Source: Candidatus Levyibacteriota bacterium
GTDB taxonomy: Bacteria; Patescibacteriota; Microgenomatia; Levybacterales; UBA12049
Direction: 5' to 3'
DNA length: 64,000 nt
NCBI GenBank assembly: GCA_017991775.1
Contig: JAGOPV010000001.1
Span: 20,869 to 84,868 of the forward strand
Shown here in pieces: positions 48,799 to 59,648 of the stretch; the first letter of the stretch is position 1; each line of letters begins with the position of its first letter. The translations under genes were made by a program, and so were the position numbers. Below the pieces are notes generated by a model. The model saw only the letters and a program-made list of their open reading frames with translations. It searched no databases and had not been told where the DNA came from.

Positions 48799-49847
48799 AC
48801 ATCCTTGCTATTGAATCCTCCTGTGATGAAACTGGTGCTGCAGTACTCACCCAACACGGAGATCAAATCACAATTCTCTCAAACATTATTTCGACCTCAC
48901 TTGAGCTCCATGCCAAAACAGGGGGCATTATCCCAGAAGTTGCAGCCCGTGAGCAAGTGAAATTTATCATCCCAGTTATCCAAGAAGCACTAGGGAAGGC
49001 ATTCTCCTATACCCTCAGTAGCACACCACCACCAATCGATGCAATTGCAGTCACTTATGGCCCAGGACTAATTGGGTCACTTCTTGTGGGAGTAGAGACT
49101 GCGAAAACTCTATCATTACTTTGGAATATCCCTATCATTCCCGTTAATCACATGTATGGCCATATTTATGCCAATTTTATACATGGAAAAGGAATTGAAT
49201 TGCCTGCTATCGCACTTGTTGTATCCGGAGGACACACGGACCTTATCTTCCTCAAGTCACATACTGAAATTGAGCATATTGGCCAAACACGAGACGATGC
49301 AGCTGGCGAAGCATTTGACAAGATTGGAAGATTGCTTGGCCTTCCATATCCCGCAGGTCCAACAATCTCAAAGTTAGCAATCAATGGTGACCATACATCA
49401 TTTAATTTGCCTAGGCCTATGATTGGCTCTCATGATTTTGACTTCAGCTTTAGCGGTCTCAAGACCTCAGTGCTAAATGTCCTAAAAACTCAAAAGCTGG
49501 ACTTTGCTAACGAAGATTTTGCAATAAATAATCAGCAGGTCCTAAGTGATCTCTGCGCTAGCGTACAGTATGCCATCGTCAATGTCTTAACAAGAAAGAC
49601 ACTCAAAGCAGTTGAGAAATATCGACCAAAGACTCTCCTCGTTGGTGGAGGTGTTGCAGCCAATACTGCGCTAAAAGAATCTCTTACCTCAGCAATAAAA
49701 AATGACTGGCCTGAGATAGTCATCCACATTCCAGATCGATCACTCTGCACAGATAACGCAGCGATGATTGCAGCCCACGCTTTCTTCCTAACCCCACAAA
49801 AGGATATAAACACAATTACAGCCGCGCCTGGACTAAGCTACATCTAG
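48795..49847 (+). CDS. tsaD: tRNA N6-adenosine threonylcarbamoyltransferase TsaD (Kae1/YgjD)
   Basis: MNILAIESSCDETGAAVL.., metal-binding HMYGH.., and C-terminal LVGGGVAAN. Confidence 0.9.
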   Translation: MNILAIESSCDETGAAVLTQHGDQITILSNIISTSLELHAKTGGIIPEVAAREQVKFIIPVIQEALGKAFSYTLSSTPPPIDAIAVTYGPGLIGSLLVGVETAKTLSLLWNIPIIPVNHMYGHIYANFIHGKGIELPAIALVVSGGHTDLIFLKSHTEIEHIGQTRDDAAGEAFDKIGRLLGLPYPAGPTISKLAINGDHTSFNLPRPMIGSHDFDFSFSGLKTSVLNVLKTQKLDFANEDFAINNQQVLSDLCASVQYAIVNVLTRKTLKAVEKYRPKTLLVGGGVAANTALKESLTSAIKNDWPEIVIHIPDRSLCTDNAAMIAAHAFFLTPQKDINTITAAPGLSYI

Positions 49848-49874
49848 CCCAAAAAGGTATGCTACAATACCTAG

Positions 49875-50900
49875 ATGAATGAAATCCTGCCATTGTTCAT
49901 TGGTTTTTTTATAAGCATAATAGTTATTCTCCTCTTTGTTAATTACAAACTAAACTCACTTAAAAAACCAAAAGAAGACCAGGCAACTCTTGAGTGGCTT
50001 AAATCAATGCAAGTAAGCATTGAGACAACTAACAAAACGCTAAATTCTGCACTTAGCTCTAATACCAATCAGATGGTCCGAACACTTCAGGAAAATTCCA
50101 AGCAGCTCAATGATCGACTCGATAAAGCTGCCAATGTAATAGCAGGTGTTGGAAAAGAAGTTGGACAAATGAGTGAGATTGGACGCAGTATGAAAGAGCT
50201 GCAAGATTTTCTGAAAAGCCCAAAACTTCGCGGCAATATCGGCGAAGAAATCCTCAAAGATCTGATCGGACAACTTTTCCCAAAAAATAGCTTTCATCTT
50301 CAGTACCAGTTCAAATCTGGTGTAAAAGTTGACGCAGCAATTCAAACGGGAGCCGGAATACTTCCAATCGACTCAAAGTTCCCAATGGAATCATTTCAGA
50401 GAATGGTCAAAAATGATGCTACGGTCCCAGTCGAGTCACTCAAGAAAGAATTCATACGAGACGTGAAAGAACATATCGACACAATCTCTAAAAAATATAT
50501 CCTGCCCGATGAAGGCACAATGGACTTTGCCCTCATGTATGTTCCAAGCGAGTCAGTATTTTATGAAATTTGTAATCTTCCAGAGATCCTCAATTTTGCC
50601 AAGAAGTCGAGAGTCTACGTGGTCTCGCCAAGCACTCTCTATATTCATCTTCAGACAATCCTCCTCTCATTTGAAGGAAAAAAGATTGAGTCACGATCTA
50701 AGGAAGTCTTCCGACTACTTCGCACAATACAACTAGAGTATGGAAAAGTTGAAGAAAGTATGGGCGTCCTTGGCAAACATCTTAATAATGCAACATCACA
50801 ATTCTCAAATGTTTCGACCGGATTTACTCAGATAGGTAATAAGCTTCAAACCACCAATCTTCTTGAGAAGGAAGTCGTCGAAGAACTCCAGTCCAAATAG
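49875..50900 (+). CDS. rmuC: DNA recombination protein RmuC
   Basis: N-terminal TM/coiled-coil region and an RmuC nuclease-like C-domain (..DFALMYVPSESVFYEI..). Confidence 0.75.
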   Translation: MNEILPLFIGFFISIIVILLFVNYKLNSLKKPKEDQATLEWLKSMQVSIETTNKTLNSALSSNTNQMVRTLQENSKQLNDRLDKAANVIAGVGKEVGQMSEIGRSMKELQDFLKSPKLRGNIGEEILKDLIGQLFPKNSFHLQYQFKSGVKVDAAIQTGAGILPIDSKFPMESFQRMVKNDATVPVESLKKEFIRDVKEHIDTISKKYILPDEGTMDFALMYVPSESVFYEICNLPEILNFAKKSRVYVVSPSTLYIHLQTILLSFEGKKIESRSKEVFRLLRTIQLEYGKVEESMGVLGKHLNNATSQFSNVSTGFTQIGNKLQTTNLLEKEVVEELQSK

Positions 50901-50938
50901 AACAATCACCTACTTTTTGTTATGCTACAATTGGTCAC

Positions 50939-53842
50939 ATGGCAACTCTCAACGATCAACAGCTAGAAGCTGTCTCACATGGAACTGGACCACTATTGAT
51001 TATTGCAGGTGCAGGAACTGGCAAGACAACAGTTGTCACAAAGCGGATCGAACATCTGATCTTAGAAAAAAACGTTTCTCCTTCCAACATCCTCTCGCTC
51101 ACATTCACGGAAAAAGCAGCTGCGGAAATGCAGACAAGAATTGATGAGATCATGCCTTATGGATATGCAGATATGTGGATTGAAACATTTCATGCATTTT
51201 GCGATAGACTTCTTCGCGAAAATGCCATCCATATAGGACTTAGCCCGACCTACCAACTCATGACTGAAGCCCAATCGCTTCTTTTTCTTAAGAAAAATTT
51301 ATTCTCTTTAAATCTGACCTATTTTGCTCCTTTAGGAAATCCTACAAAATTTCTCCAAGGACTCGTCCAGCATTTTAGTCGACTTAAAGATGATGATATA
51401 TCCCAAGAGGACTATGCCAAATTCTCACAAGATTTCTCAAGCGATACATCCAAACTTCCTGATGAAATCGAGAAAATAGGAGAACTATCTCAGGCATATG
51501 CTCTCTACGAAAAACTAAAAGCAGAGAATGATGTGATGGACTTCTCAGACCTTATTTCCAACTCTCTAAAGTTATTAAGAGAAAGACCTCACATCCTTAA
51601 GAAGTATCAAGAAAAATTTAAGTTCATCCTCGTTGATGAATTTCAGGATACTAACTATGCACAAAATGAACTTGCAATTCTGTTAAGTGGTGAGGAGAAA
51701 AATATCACGGTTGTTGGAGATGATGATCAAAGCATCTACAGATGGCGGGGTGCAGCTCTCTCTAACATGCTCCAATTTAGATCACACTTCCCCGATGCGA
51801 AGGTGGTATCTCTAACAAAAAATTATCGTTCAAGTCAGACAATCCTAAATGGAGCATATAAATTGATCCAGAATAATAATCCATATCGACTTGAAGTAAA
51901 AGAGGGCATAGATAAAAAGCTTAGATCAATGGTAAAAATGGAAGAAAATAAGATCGAGCTCATTGTCGCTCGATCAGGCGATGAAGAAGCTGAGCAGATA
52001 GTTAAAAAAATTATTGAACTAAAAAAGACTAATGGATTTGCAAATAGAGATTTTGCAATTCTTGTTCGAGCAAACGATCACGCTACTCCTTTTCAAAGAA
52101 CTCTCGATAGGGCTCAGATTGAGTATCAATTTCTTGGTCCAACAAAGCTATATGAACAAGCTGAGATAAAAGACCTTATCGCCTTTCTTCACGCACTCAT
52201 AAATTTTGACGACAACTCATCCCTCTATAGAGTCTGTACGATGCCAATTTTCGATCTCGACGCTAGAGATATCACGATGCTCCTCACATACACCAGGTCT
52301 GAGAATCTCACACTTTTTCAAGCACTTGAAAGACATGAGACGCTGCCTCTCACGAAAGATGGGCATGTAAAAACCAAAAAAGTACTCCACCTTCTTAAAA
52401 CTCATATGCAAAAGTTGCCTAAAGAAGATGTTGGCCAGATACTTTACTCTTTTTTTGAGACCTCGGGACTTTTAGCATATTATCTTGATCCAAAGACTCT
52501 CCAAACTGAAGCACAAGCAGAAAATGTTGCTTCATTTTTCAACAGACTTACATCATTTTCTAATTCACAAAAGGATGCTTCTGTTTTTGCAGCTGTTGAA
52601 TGGCTAAATATGGCAATTGAGATGGGAGAAAGTCCATCAGCATCAAACATTGATACAAATAGTATTGATGCAGTGAATATCCTCACAGTGCATTCAAGTA
52701 AAGGTCTCGAATTCCCAGTTGTTTTTGTTGTAAGCCTAGTAACGCAGCGATTTCCTGGTAGGGATCGTAAGGAGCAGATTCCAGTTCCCCAGGAACTCAT
52801 CCGAGAAAATCTTCCAGATGGAGATGAAAATCTGCAGGAGGAAAGACGACTCTTTTACGTCGCGATGACTCGGGCAAAATCGCATCTTTACCTAACTGCA
52901 GCACTACTTTATCCAGGTGGAAAAAGGGAAAGAAAACTTTCACCATTTATTACAGAAGCCTTAGGAGATGAGGAAGTTGTCAGGATACTTGAGCAAAACA
53001 AGCATGTAAAAGATTCTTCTCAACTTTCACTTCTAGAAATTGCCAATGATGTGGCAGCAAATACATCACCAAAGACAGATAGTAAAGCAACCAGGATCAC
53101 AAAGCCTATCACCTACATTTCCTATTCGCAACTTCAGACCTTTGATGTCTGCCCTCTGCACTTCAAACTTCGCTATATCCTCAATGTGCCATCAGCCCCT
53201 TCTCCCGCATTAAGCTATGGAATAAGCGTACACAGTGCTCTCAGAGACTTCTTTTTTGCAATGACAACTACACAAGGCACTAGCGCATCTGCGATTGAGG
53301 AAATGCTCAAGAAGAACTGGCTAAATAAGGGTTACTCTAGCAAATCGCATGAGGAAAAAGCTTATGACCAAGCATTGAAGATGCTAAGAACTTATGCAGC
53401 TGATGCGCTTGTCCAAAAGCCCAATACGATTGGAATTGAGGTACCTTTTCAATTTTGGCTTAATAAAGTAAAGGTGGGTGGACGAATTGATAGAATTGAC
53501 CAACTCCCGAATGGTGAGATTGAAGTGATCGATTATAAAACTGGACCAAATGCACCTGATGAAAAAAAGTTAAAAGATGATTTCCAGCTCACATTCTATG
53601 CACTCGCAGCAAATGAGGTAAAGTCTGAAGTATTAAACAGAGATCCCCAAAATGTTACCCTATCACTTACCTACCTTGAACTAGGCAAGACATTCTCAAC
53701 TAGACGAACGATGGAAGATCTTATTACGGCAAAAGAAAAAATTCTAACGAAAATTGAAGAGATCTCTCAAAGTGATTTTGAGTGCAGCCGAGGGATTCTC
53801 TGCAAAAACTGTGAGTATTCAATGATCTGCAATTCGAGTTAG
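50939..53842 (+). CDS. UvrD/PcrA-type SF1 helicase fused to a C-terminal PD-(D/E)xK (Cas4/AddB-like, Fe-S) nuclease domain
   Basis: Walker A AGAGTGKTT, helicase motifs (DEFQDTN, VVGDDDQSIYRWRGA, LTKNYRS, HSSKGLEFPVV). The C-terminus has ..IDRIDQL..EVIDYKTG.. and Cys residues (CPLHF .. CKNCEYSMIC). Confidence 0.8.
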   Translation: MATLNDQQLEAVSHGTGPLLIIAGAGTGKTTVVTKRIEHLILEKNVSPSNILSLTFTEKAAAEMQTRIDEIMPYGYADMWIETFHAFCDRLLRENAIHIGLSPTYQLMTEAQSLLFLKKNLFSLNLTYFAPLGNPTKFLQGLVQHFSRLKDDDISQEDYAKFSQDFSSDTSKLPDEIEKIGELSQAYALYEKLKAENDVMDFSDLISNSLKLLRERPHILKKYQEKFKFILVDEFQDTNYAQNELAILLSGEEKNITVVGDDDQSIYRWRGAALSNMLQFRSHFPDAKVVSLTKNYRSSQTILNGAYKLIQNNNPYRLEVKEGIDKKLRSMVKMEENKIELIVARSGDEEAEQIVKKIIELKKTNGFANRDFAILVRANDHATPFQRTLDRAQIEYQFLGPTKLYEQAEIKDLIAFLHALINFDDNSSLYRVCTMPIFDLDARDITMLLTYTRSENLTLFQALERHETLPLTKDGHVKTKKVLHLLKTHMQKLPKEDVGQILYSFFETSGLLAYYLDPKTLQTEAQAENVASFFNRLTSFSNSQKDASVFAAVEWLNMAIEMGESPSASNIDTNSIDAVNILTVHSSKGLEFPVVFVVSLVTQRFPGRDRKEQIPVPQELIRENLPDGDENLQEERRLFYVAMTRAKSHLYLTAALLYPGGKRERKLSPFITEALGDEEVVRILEQNKHVKDSSQLSLLEIANDVAANTSPKTDSKATRITKPITYISYSQLQTFDVCPLHFKLRYILNVPSAPSPALSYGISVHSALRDFFFAMTTTQGTSASAIEEMLKKNWLNKGYSSKSHEEKAYDQALKMLRTYAADALVQKPNTIGIEVPFQFWLNKVKVGGRIDRIDQLPNGEIEVIDYKTGPNAPDEKKLKDDFQLTFYALAANEVKSEVLNRDPQNVTLSLTYLELGKTFSTRRTMEDLITAKEKILTKIEEISQSDFECSRGILCKNCEYSMICNSS

Positions 53843-53847
53843 ATAGT

Positions 53848-53876
53848 TTGACTTATAGTATTTATTTGCCTATAAT
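53848..53876 (+). promoter_or_regulatory. Sigma-70-type promoter for rnpB (TTGACT-17-TATAAT)
   Basis: TTGACT at 53848-53853 and TATAAT at 53871-53876 with 17-nt spacing, about 10 nt upstream of the predicted rnpB 5' end. Confidence 0.55.
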
Positions 53877-53885
53877 CAGTTGGTT

Positions 53886-54280
53886 AGGAAGGTGGATCGC
53901 TACTCCGATGTAACATCGGAGAGGAAAGTCCAGACAGGTGTATATTGGGGACGGAGTGTAAGCTCCGACTAGAAACCCCGATTTAATCGGGGTGAATAGC
54001 TAGTGCTTGGCTCATTTACCTACACATATGAGCTTGGACAGGTATTGAATTGACAATATCTGAGAATAACAGAGACGAGTAGGTGTGAAACGGATAATCC
54101 TCCCCACTGCAACCTCCGAACGTTGCGCATTCTCTATATACGAGAGCAACAATGAGAGGGCATCGCGCCTAAATGGCGGATATATGATGATATTAATATC
54201 ATTAATAAGATAGATTGCGATCAACTCGCCATACTCGAAAGAGTAGAACGGGCAAACAGAATCTGGCTTACTACCTTCCT
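53886..54280 (+). ncRNA. rnpB: RNase P RNA (bacterial type A)
   Basis: Universally conserved P4 strands GAGGAAAGUCCAGAC (53929-) and ACAGAAUCUGGCUUAC (54257-). The P1 pairing aggaaggu / accuuccu defines the ends. It lies between the helicase gene and hup. Confidence 0.85.
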
Positions 54281-54287
54281 AATAAAA

Positions 54288-54560
54288 TTATCTAATTACC
54301 TTCTTAAATGTTTTCCCAGGAGTAAAACCAGGAGCTTTTCGAGCAGCAAGGGTAATTCTCTCCCCAGTCTTTGGATTACGACCTACTCTTTCAGCTCTTG
54401 TTCTCACGCTAAAAGTCCCAAATCCAGTTAGAACCACCTTTTCCCCTCTTTTGAGAGAATCTCGAATGGTGTTCAGTGTTGTTTGAACAGAATCGCGCGC
54501 AGCCTTGTGTGTAAGATTTGATTTCTTAGCAACAACTTCAATTAAATCTTTTTTTGTCAT
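54288..54560 (-). CDS. hup: DNA-binding protein HU
   Basis: 90 aa; RNPKTGERITLAARKAPGFTPGKTFK arm motif; strong GGAGGGAGGTGAT SD upstream. Confidence 0.9.
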   Translation of the reverse strand: MTKKDLIEVVAKKSNLTHKAARDSVQTTLNTIRDSLKRGEKVVLTGFGTFSVRTRAERVGRNPKTGERITLAARKAPGFTPGKTFKKVIR

Positions 54561-54751
54561 GCACGATCACCTCCCTCCATTATATTTCTAATGTTAAAAT
54601 CAGAATTGGGAATATCTCGAGCTATTGTAAGAGCAGAGATGGAGCTAAAGTGAAGATTGATTGAGCAGTAGGTAAAAATCAAGATTAGATTTACAGTACA
54701 AGGAAAACGAAGGCTTGTCAAGAGATTATTCTGCTATATCAAGCTAAATGA

Positions 54752-56023
54752 CTATGAGGTGTGTTCTGGATAGACAGAGCGAAACTCTCGAATAGCTGTA
54801 ACTTTTACCTCGCCTGGAACTGCCAATGCACGACTCACTTCCTCCTGAATCTTCTTAGAAAGAATCACAGTCTGAGCGTCATCAAGCTTACCAGGATTAA
54901 TAATAACTCTTAGTTCTCTACCAGCCTCAAACGCATATGCATCCTCAACGCCCTCATAGCGCTTTGCTATCTCCTCCATCTCCTTAAGTCTTTTACCATA
55001 GTTCTCAACGTCCTCATAACGTGCGCCTGGTCTTGCGCCGGAGATAGAATCAGCAATATGAACAATGATTGACTCTACAGATGAAAATGGCTTGTCTTCA
55101 TGATGCTCTGCCACGCAGTTAACAACTGTTTCTGGAAGATTGAATTTATTGAGATACTCAACTCCTAATTTAACATGGCTCCCATCACCCTCAATAACTT
55201 TCCCAATATCATGGAAGAGACAACCCAGTCGAACAACATCAACATTTGCACCCATTTCTTGAGCAATATGGATACCAATCTTAGTCTCCTCAAGCGTATG
55301 GACAACAAGGTTCTGGCCAAATGAGGTTCGGAACTTAAACCGACCGAGCGTTGAGTATATTTCTGTTGGAAGATTAAAAACACCAACTTCAGCTGCAAGC
55401 TTTTGGCCCTCTTCAAACATTACCTTTTCGACCTCTTTCTTGGTCTGCTCAACAACTTCCTCGATCCTAAATGGTTGAATTCGAGTGTCAACTAGTAATT
55501 TCTCCAGAGAAAGTCTTGCAACCTCGCGCCTGACTTGATCAAAAGATGAAAGTCTAATAATACCTTCCTCGTCAAGATCGACGTCAACTCCAGTAGCCTG
55601 CTCAAATGCGCGAATATTTCTACCTTCTTTCCCGATAATTCGTCCTTTAATCTCCTCATCTGCAACCTTAATAACAGAAACTGTATATTCTGCAATATAA
55701 TCGAGAGCCCCATGACGCATTGCATCTACGACAATTTCTCGTGATCTATGAGACGCAGTAGCCTTTGCCTCTTCTTCCTTTTCCTTGATGATCTTAGCCA
55801 TCATCTGAGTAGCGTCTTTTTCTGTCTCCTCAAGAAGAGACTTTTTAGCTTCTTCGCGAGTTAACCCAGAGCTTTGCTCAAGCTTCTTCTTATACTCTTC
55901 TCTCTTTTGCTCAAGAACTTCAGCTTCTTTTTCAAGCTGCTCTTGCTTTGCTTCAATTTTTTCTTGTCTCTCTAGAAGTTTTTTCTCAAGAGAAAGAATA
56001 TCGTTTTGATTTAAGTCTGCCAT
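54752..56023 (-). CDS. rny: Ribonuclease Y (coiled-coil + KH + HD; lacks N-terminal TM helix)
   Basis: KH domain (IGKEGRNIRAFEQATGVDVDL) and HD domain (LFHDIGKV..). Start taken at MADLNQ (56023); the track start is 56053. Confidence 0.85.
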   Translation of the reverse strand: MADLNQNDILSLEKKLLERQEKIEAKQEQLEKEAEVLEQKREEYKKKLEQSSGLTREEAKKSLLEETEKDATQMMAKIIKEKEEEAKATASHRSREIVVDAMRHGALDYIAEYTVSVIKVADEEIKGRIIGKEGRNIRAFEQATGVDVDLDEEGIIRLSSFDQVRREVARLSLEKLLVDTRIQPFRIEEVVEQTKKEVEKVMFEEGQKLAAEVGVFNLPTEIYSTLGRFKFRTSFGQNLVVHTLEETKIGIHIAQEMGANVDVVRLGCLFHDIGKVIEGDGSHVKLGVEYLNKFNLPETVVNCVAEHHEDKPFSSVESIIVHIADSISGARPGARYEDVENYGKRLKEMEEIAKRYEGVEDAYAFEAGRELRVIINPGKLDDAQTVILSKKIQEEVSRALAVPGEVKVTAIREFRSVYPEHTS

Positions 56024-56125
56024 ATATTTTAAGTTAACGAAGAAAAACCACAACGGTCTGTGTGGTTAGATAGTTCGAAGATGTGTGGATGAAATAATTC
56101 TCATGGTTCACATCGTAACTGTTCG

Positions 56126-56674
56126 TTACTCCCCATCATTATACTTTTTTTCAATATGTTCGTCAATTGCCTTTCGAATAATGTCCCATCCGAATCCTTT
56201 CCCTATCAAATACCTCCCCAGCTTCTCATACTGCTCTTTGGGGGGCAGTCCCTCAACTCTTTTTAACCGCTTGAGTACCAACCCTTTTGCCTTAGTAAGG
56301 TCATCCATTGGCTCATCCGTTACCTCATGAAAGATCTCTTGAATAATGTCATCTTTGATTCCTTTCTGACGAAGTTCCATTGTGATCAACCGATCACTTT
56401 TTCCCTTAAAACGAGTTCTTTGCTCACGCCACCATCGTGCAAATGTAAGATCATTGAGAAACTTCTGCTCTATGAGTTTAGAAATGATTTCATCAATGAG
56501 AAATGGGTCTATCTTCTTTTTAGTGAGGTAATCTTTTAATTCTTTTGAGGATCTAGGCCTTCTTGCCAGATGACCAACTGCGAGGTTGTAGTATTTTCCA
56601 AAATGCTCAGTCACTTTACGAGTCTGATGGGGCACTCTCGGCTTCATCTTCCGACTCTTCCATACCGACAGCAA
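56126..56674 (-). CDS. recX: Regulatory protein RecX
   Basis: Three-helix-repeat RecX family, immediately downstream of and overlapping recA. Confidence 0.75.
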   Translation of the reverse strand: MLSVWKSRKMKPRVPHQTRKVTEHFGKYYNLAVGHLARRPRSSKELKDYLTKKKIDPFLIDEIISKLIEQKFLNDLTFARWWREQRTRFKGKSDRLITMELRQKGIKDDIIQEIFHEVTDEPMDDLTKAKGLVLKRLKRVEGLPPKEQYEKLGRYLIGKGFGWDIIRKAIDEHIEKKYNDGE

Positions 56675-57722
56675 CAGGCATATCTCCAGCCTTACTCTTT
56701 GCCATGATCTCTACAACGATCTTCTTTGATTCTTCCTGATTCTCCTTAAGCCAATCAATAGCAGCTACTTTTCCTTGACCGATAAGTAGATCGTTATAGC
56801 GGAAGAATGCACCTGCTTTTGTGATGACTCCCATCTCAACTCCTACATCCAAAATACCACCCTCTCTTGAAATACCTGTACCAAATACATCAAACTCAGC
56901 CAGACGGAATGGTGTAGAGACCTTGTTCTTCACGATCTTGACTCGATGCCTTGAGCCGATAGCTTTATCACCATCTTTAATGGTTTCAATTTTTCTGATA
57001 TCCATGCGAACAGAGGCATAGAACTTTAGCGCTAGACCACCAGTGGTCGTCTCAGGATTTCCAAACATCACGCCGATCTTTTGTCGCAACTGATTGGTGA
57101 AAATGACAACGGTCTTTGATTTGGAAATAACTCCTGTAAGCTTACGCAAAGCTTGAGACATAAGGCGAGCTTGAAGACCCATAACTGAGTCACCCATTTC
57201 TCCCTCAATCTCAGCTCGAGGAACAAGTGCTGCAACTGAGTCGATAACAAGAACATCAATGCCCCCACTTCGCACTAAACTTTCAGCAATTTCAAGAGCT
57301 TGCTCTCCTGTATCTGGCTGAGATATCAATAGCTCATCCAGTTTTACTCCAATGCGCTCTGCCCAAATTGGATCAAGGGCATGCTCTGCATCGATAAATG
57401 CTACTACGCCACCATGCTTTTGTGCTTGAGCAATTGTTGAGAGACAGACTGTGGTCTTACCTGATGCTTCAGGTCCATAGATCTCAATAATTCTTCCACG
57501 AGGAAGACCGCCAACGCCAAGTGCAAGATCAAGTGGGAGACAACCAGTTGAGACAACAGAGATATCTAACTTACCTGCAGCATCACCAAATCGCATGATA
57601 GATCCCTTGCCATACTGCTTTTCGATTTGATCCATCGCCATCTTGATAGACTCCATTTTTTGTGCGTTATCAGTCTGCTGCTCAATTACTGCGGTGGATT
57701 TTGCGTTAGAGGATTTTGCCAT
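56616..57722 (-). CDS. recA: Recombinase RecA
   Basis: Walker [10 protein letters not shown], ..[14 protein letters not shown].. and an acidic C-terminal tail; 368 aa. Confidence 0.95.
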   Translation of the reverse strand: MAKSSNAKSTAVIEQQTDNAQKMESIKMAMDQIEKQYGKGSIMRFGDAAGKLDISVVSTGCLPLDLALGVGGLPRGRIIEIYGPEASGKTTVCLSTIAQAQKHGGVVAFIDAEHALDPIWAERIGVKLDELLISQPDTGEQALEIAESLVRSGGIDVLVIDSVAALVPRAEIEGEMGDSVMGLQARLMSQALRKLTGVISKSKTVVIFTNQLRQKIGVMFGNPETTTGGLALKFYASVRMDIRKIETIKDGDKAIGSRHRVKIVKNKVSTPFRLAEFDVFGTGISREGGILDVGVEMGVITKAGAFFRYNDLLIGQGKVAAIDWLKENQEESKKIVVEIMAKSKAGDMPVAVGMEESEDEAESAPSDS

Positions 57723-57790
57723 AAAGTACCATTAACTATAGAAAGGATTCGAGTAAATTACAAGTAGTCCTATTGATACAAAAGGTATCA

Positions 57791-57861
57791 CGAATTTTGT
57801 CGGGGATCGGAGAGTTGAACTCCGGTCTCACGGCCCCCAGCCGCGAATTCTACCGTTAAAC
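57791..57861 (-). tRNA. tRNA-Pro (anticodon GGG)
   Basis: A manual fold of the minus strand gives a 7-bp acceptor stem with C1-G72 and A73 (the bacterial tRNA-Pro identity elements). The D-loop carries GG, the anticodon stem is cgcgg/ccgug, the anticodon loop is cuGGGgg with U33, and there is a perfect T-arm cggag-UUCAACU-cuccg. CCA is not encoded. Confidence 0.6.
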
Positions 57862-57919
57862 TAATCCCCGCTTGATTTAAAGATTCTAGCAAACTAAGTC
57901 CCTTTTTCCAATGCGACTG

Positions 57920-57947
57920 TTGCAATACGGAGATATTCATCTATAAT
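57920..57947 (+). promoter_or_regulatory. Candidate promoter TTGCAA-16-TATAAT upstream of the acyltransferase gene
   Basis: Hexamers at 57920-57925 and 57942-57947. This would give a very short leader. Confidence 0.3.
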
Positions 57948-57959
57948 CCATTCAGCTAT

Positions 57960-58796
57960 ATGGCAAAAGAGACAGGGGGAGTTGATCACTCCCAAGATCC
58001 AACATTCATGGGAAAAAGAATTGAGGACCCAGCACTAGATAATGCAGGCTGGAAAGCTTTAGCTCTTACAACTGAAGCAGCAGCAAAACTTCGATTAACA
58101 AAGGTCGAAGGAGCACTCCCAGAGGAGGGGCCTGGACTAGTTTTCAGTAATCATGTGAATTTCCTTGATATCTTCATTCTTCCATGGGTAGCAACCAGGA
58201 CTGCTGATCGATCACTACGAATTGTCTCCAAAGATGTTCTTATTCACCCAGAAATTGAGGAGGATAGACGAGTATTAATTAGAACTGGAAAAATCACAGA
58301 AGATGAGGTGCTGGCAAATGACGGACAAATTCATCCATATGATGATCAAGATTCAGATGCTAGTGACGGTCCAAAAACTCCATCTCTTATTAAGCGAACA
58401 GCTGGAAACTTATTAAACTATGCAGGGAATCCAATCCTCATTCACAGAGGTGAACTGGGTTCTGAATTTGTCCAAGAAGTGAGAGAGACTCTTGATTCAG
58501 GTCAGCTAGTCGGAATGTTTGCCCAGGAGACCCGCACTCCACAAAACGATATCTCAAATGTAATGCCTGGTCCGGCAATATTACTCAAGAGATACTTCCC
58601 AGACACAGATGCCTATGTAACAACAGTTGCTCATCAAGGTCAGCCACTACGTAGACCACAAGTTAGAATAAGCGAACCGTTTACATATAAACAGCTCAGT
58701 CCAAAAGGAGATATGACTATTAAGGGATTACAGGGATACATAAAAGACACAATGTATAAGCAACTTGTCAAAGATGTGCCTGACTTGAAAAGATAA
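57960..58796 (+). CDS. Lysophospholipid acyltransferase (PlsC-like, HxxxxD family)
   Basis: FSNHVNFLDIFIL (NHxxxxD), with later FAQETRT and PGP motifs; 278 aa. Confidence 0.6.
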   Translation: MAKETGGVDHSQDPTFMGKRIEDPALDNAGWKALALTTEAAAKLRLTKVEGALPEEGPGLVFSNHVNFLDIFILPWVATRTADRSLRIVSKDVLIHPEIEEDRRVLIRTGKITEDEVLANDGQIHPYDDQDSDASDGPKTPSLIKRTAGNLLNYAGNPILIHRGELGSEFVQEVRETLDSGQLVGMFAQETRTPQNDISNVMPGPAILLKRYFPDTDAYVTTVAHQGQPLRRPQVRISEPFTYKQLSPKGDMTIKGLQGYIKDTMYKQLVKDVPDLKR

Positions 58797-58800
58797 CAAA

Positions 58801-59646
58801 TTATCTTGGGGTCCAACGGGAATAAATACCAGTTGAAAGTGGACGGGCGTATTTTGATTCTTCAAGAACTAACTCCCCTGTCTCAAATGAACCTCCCCTA
58901 AGATGATCTCTCATGACATTCTCAAGCATATATGCAGAAGAAGAGATGGCATAAGCATTTGCGATCACAAAAAGTGGGTCACTTGATAAAAGTTTTGAGC
59001 ACTCTCGTATAAGATCTGGAAAACTCTTGTCAAAATTCCAGATCTTGCCAGTTGGTCCATGACCATATACTGGAGGATCCATCAGAATGCCATCGTACTT
59101 TTTACCCCTGCGCACTTCACGTTCAACATATTCAAGAGCATCATCGATAATCCAACGCACAGGCTTTTCATTTAGTTTTGAGATGTCTTGATTTTCCCTA
59201 GCCCAAGATACAGCAGGTCTCGAAGCATCTACATGTGTGACCATGGCTCCAGCACTAGCAGCAATGAGAGTTGCGACACCGGTGTATCCAAATAGATTGA
59301 GGATGTTGGCATCTTTTCTCTCACTCAACGATTCATGAATAAAATCCCAATGAAGATGTTGCTCAGGGAATACGCCTGCATGCTTAAATGATGTCAGCCG
59401 AGCAAAGAAGGAAATATCTTTATATTTTAATTCCCACTTCTCAGGGAATGCTGATGTCTTTCTCCACCCTTTCTCTTCATAGACAGCATCTGCCTTACCC
59501 CATTGATCGTGTGAAAGTTTACGATCCCAGATCGCCTGAGGATCTGGCTTAGATAAAATATATTTCCCAAATCTCTCAAGCCTCTGACCATTGCCACTAT
59601 CAAGAAGTTCGTATTCACTCCAGCCTTTTGTCTTTAAAATTTGCAT
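58801..59646 (-). CDS. Class I SAM-dependent methyltransferase (RlmI/RlmK-type rRNA m5C/m2G methyltransferase-like)
   Basis: LNLFGYTGVATLIAASAGA (motif I), ILMDPPVYGHGPTG (motif IV, DPP). Confidence 0.65.
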   Translation of the reverse strand: MQILKTKGWSEYELLDSGNGQRLERFGKYILSKPDPQAIWDRKLSHDQWGKADAVYEEKGWRKTSAFPEKWELKYKDISFFARLTSFKHAGVFPEQHLHWDFIHESLSERKDANILNLFGYTGVATLIAASAGAMVTHVDASRPAVSWARENQDISKLNEKPVRWIIDDALEYVEREVRRGKKYDGILMDPPVYGHGPTGKIWNFDKSFPDLIRECSKLLSSDPLFVIANAYAISSSAYMLENVMRDHLRGGSFETGELVLEESKYARPLSTGIYSRWTPR

Positions 59647-59648
59647 AG

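Noticed and set aside
54012-54224. 70-aa ORF on the minus strand
   Set aside because: It lies wholly inside the RNase P RNA gene, whose conserved P4 motifs span it, so it is a spurious ORF.
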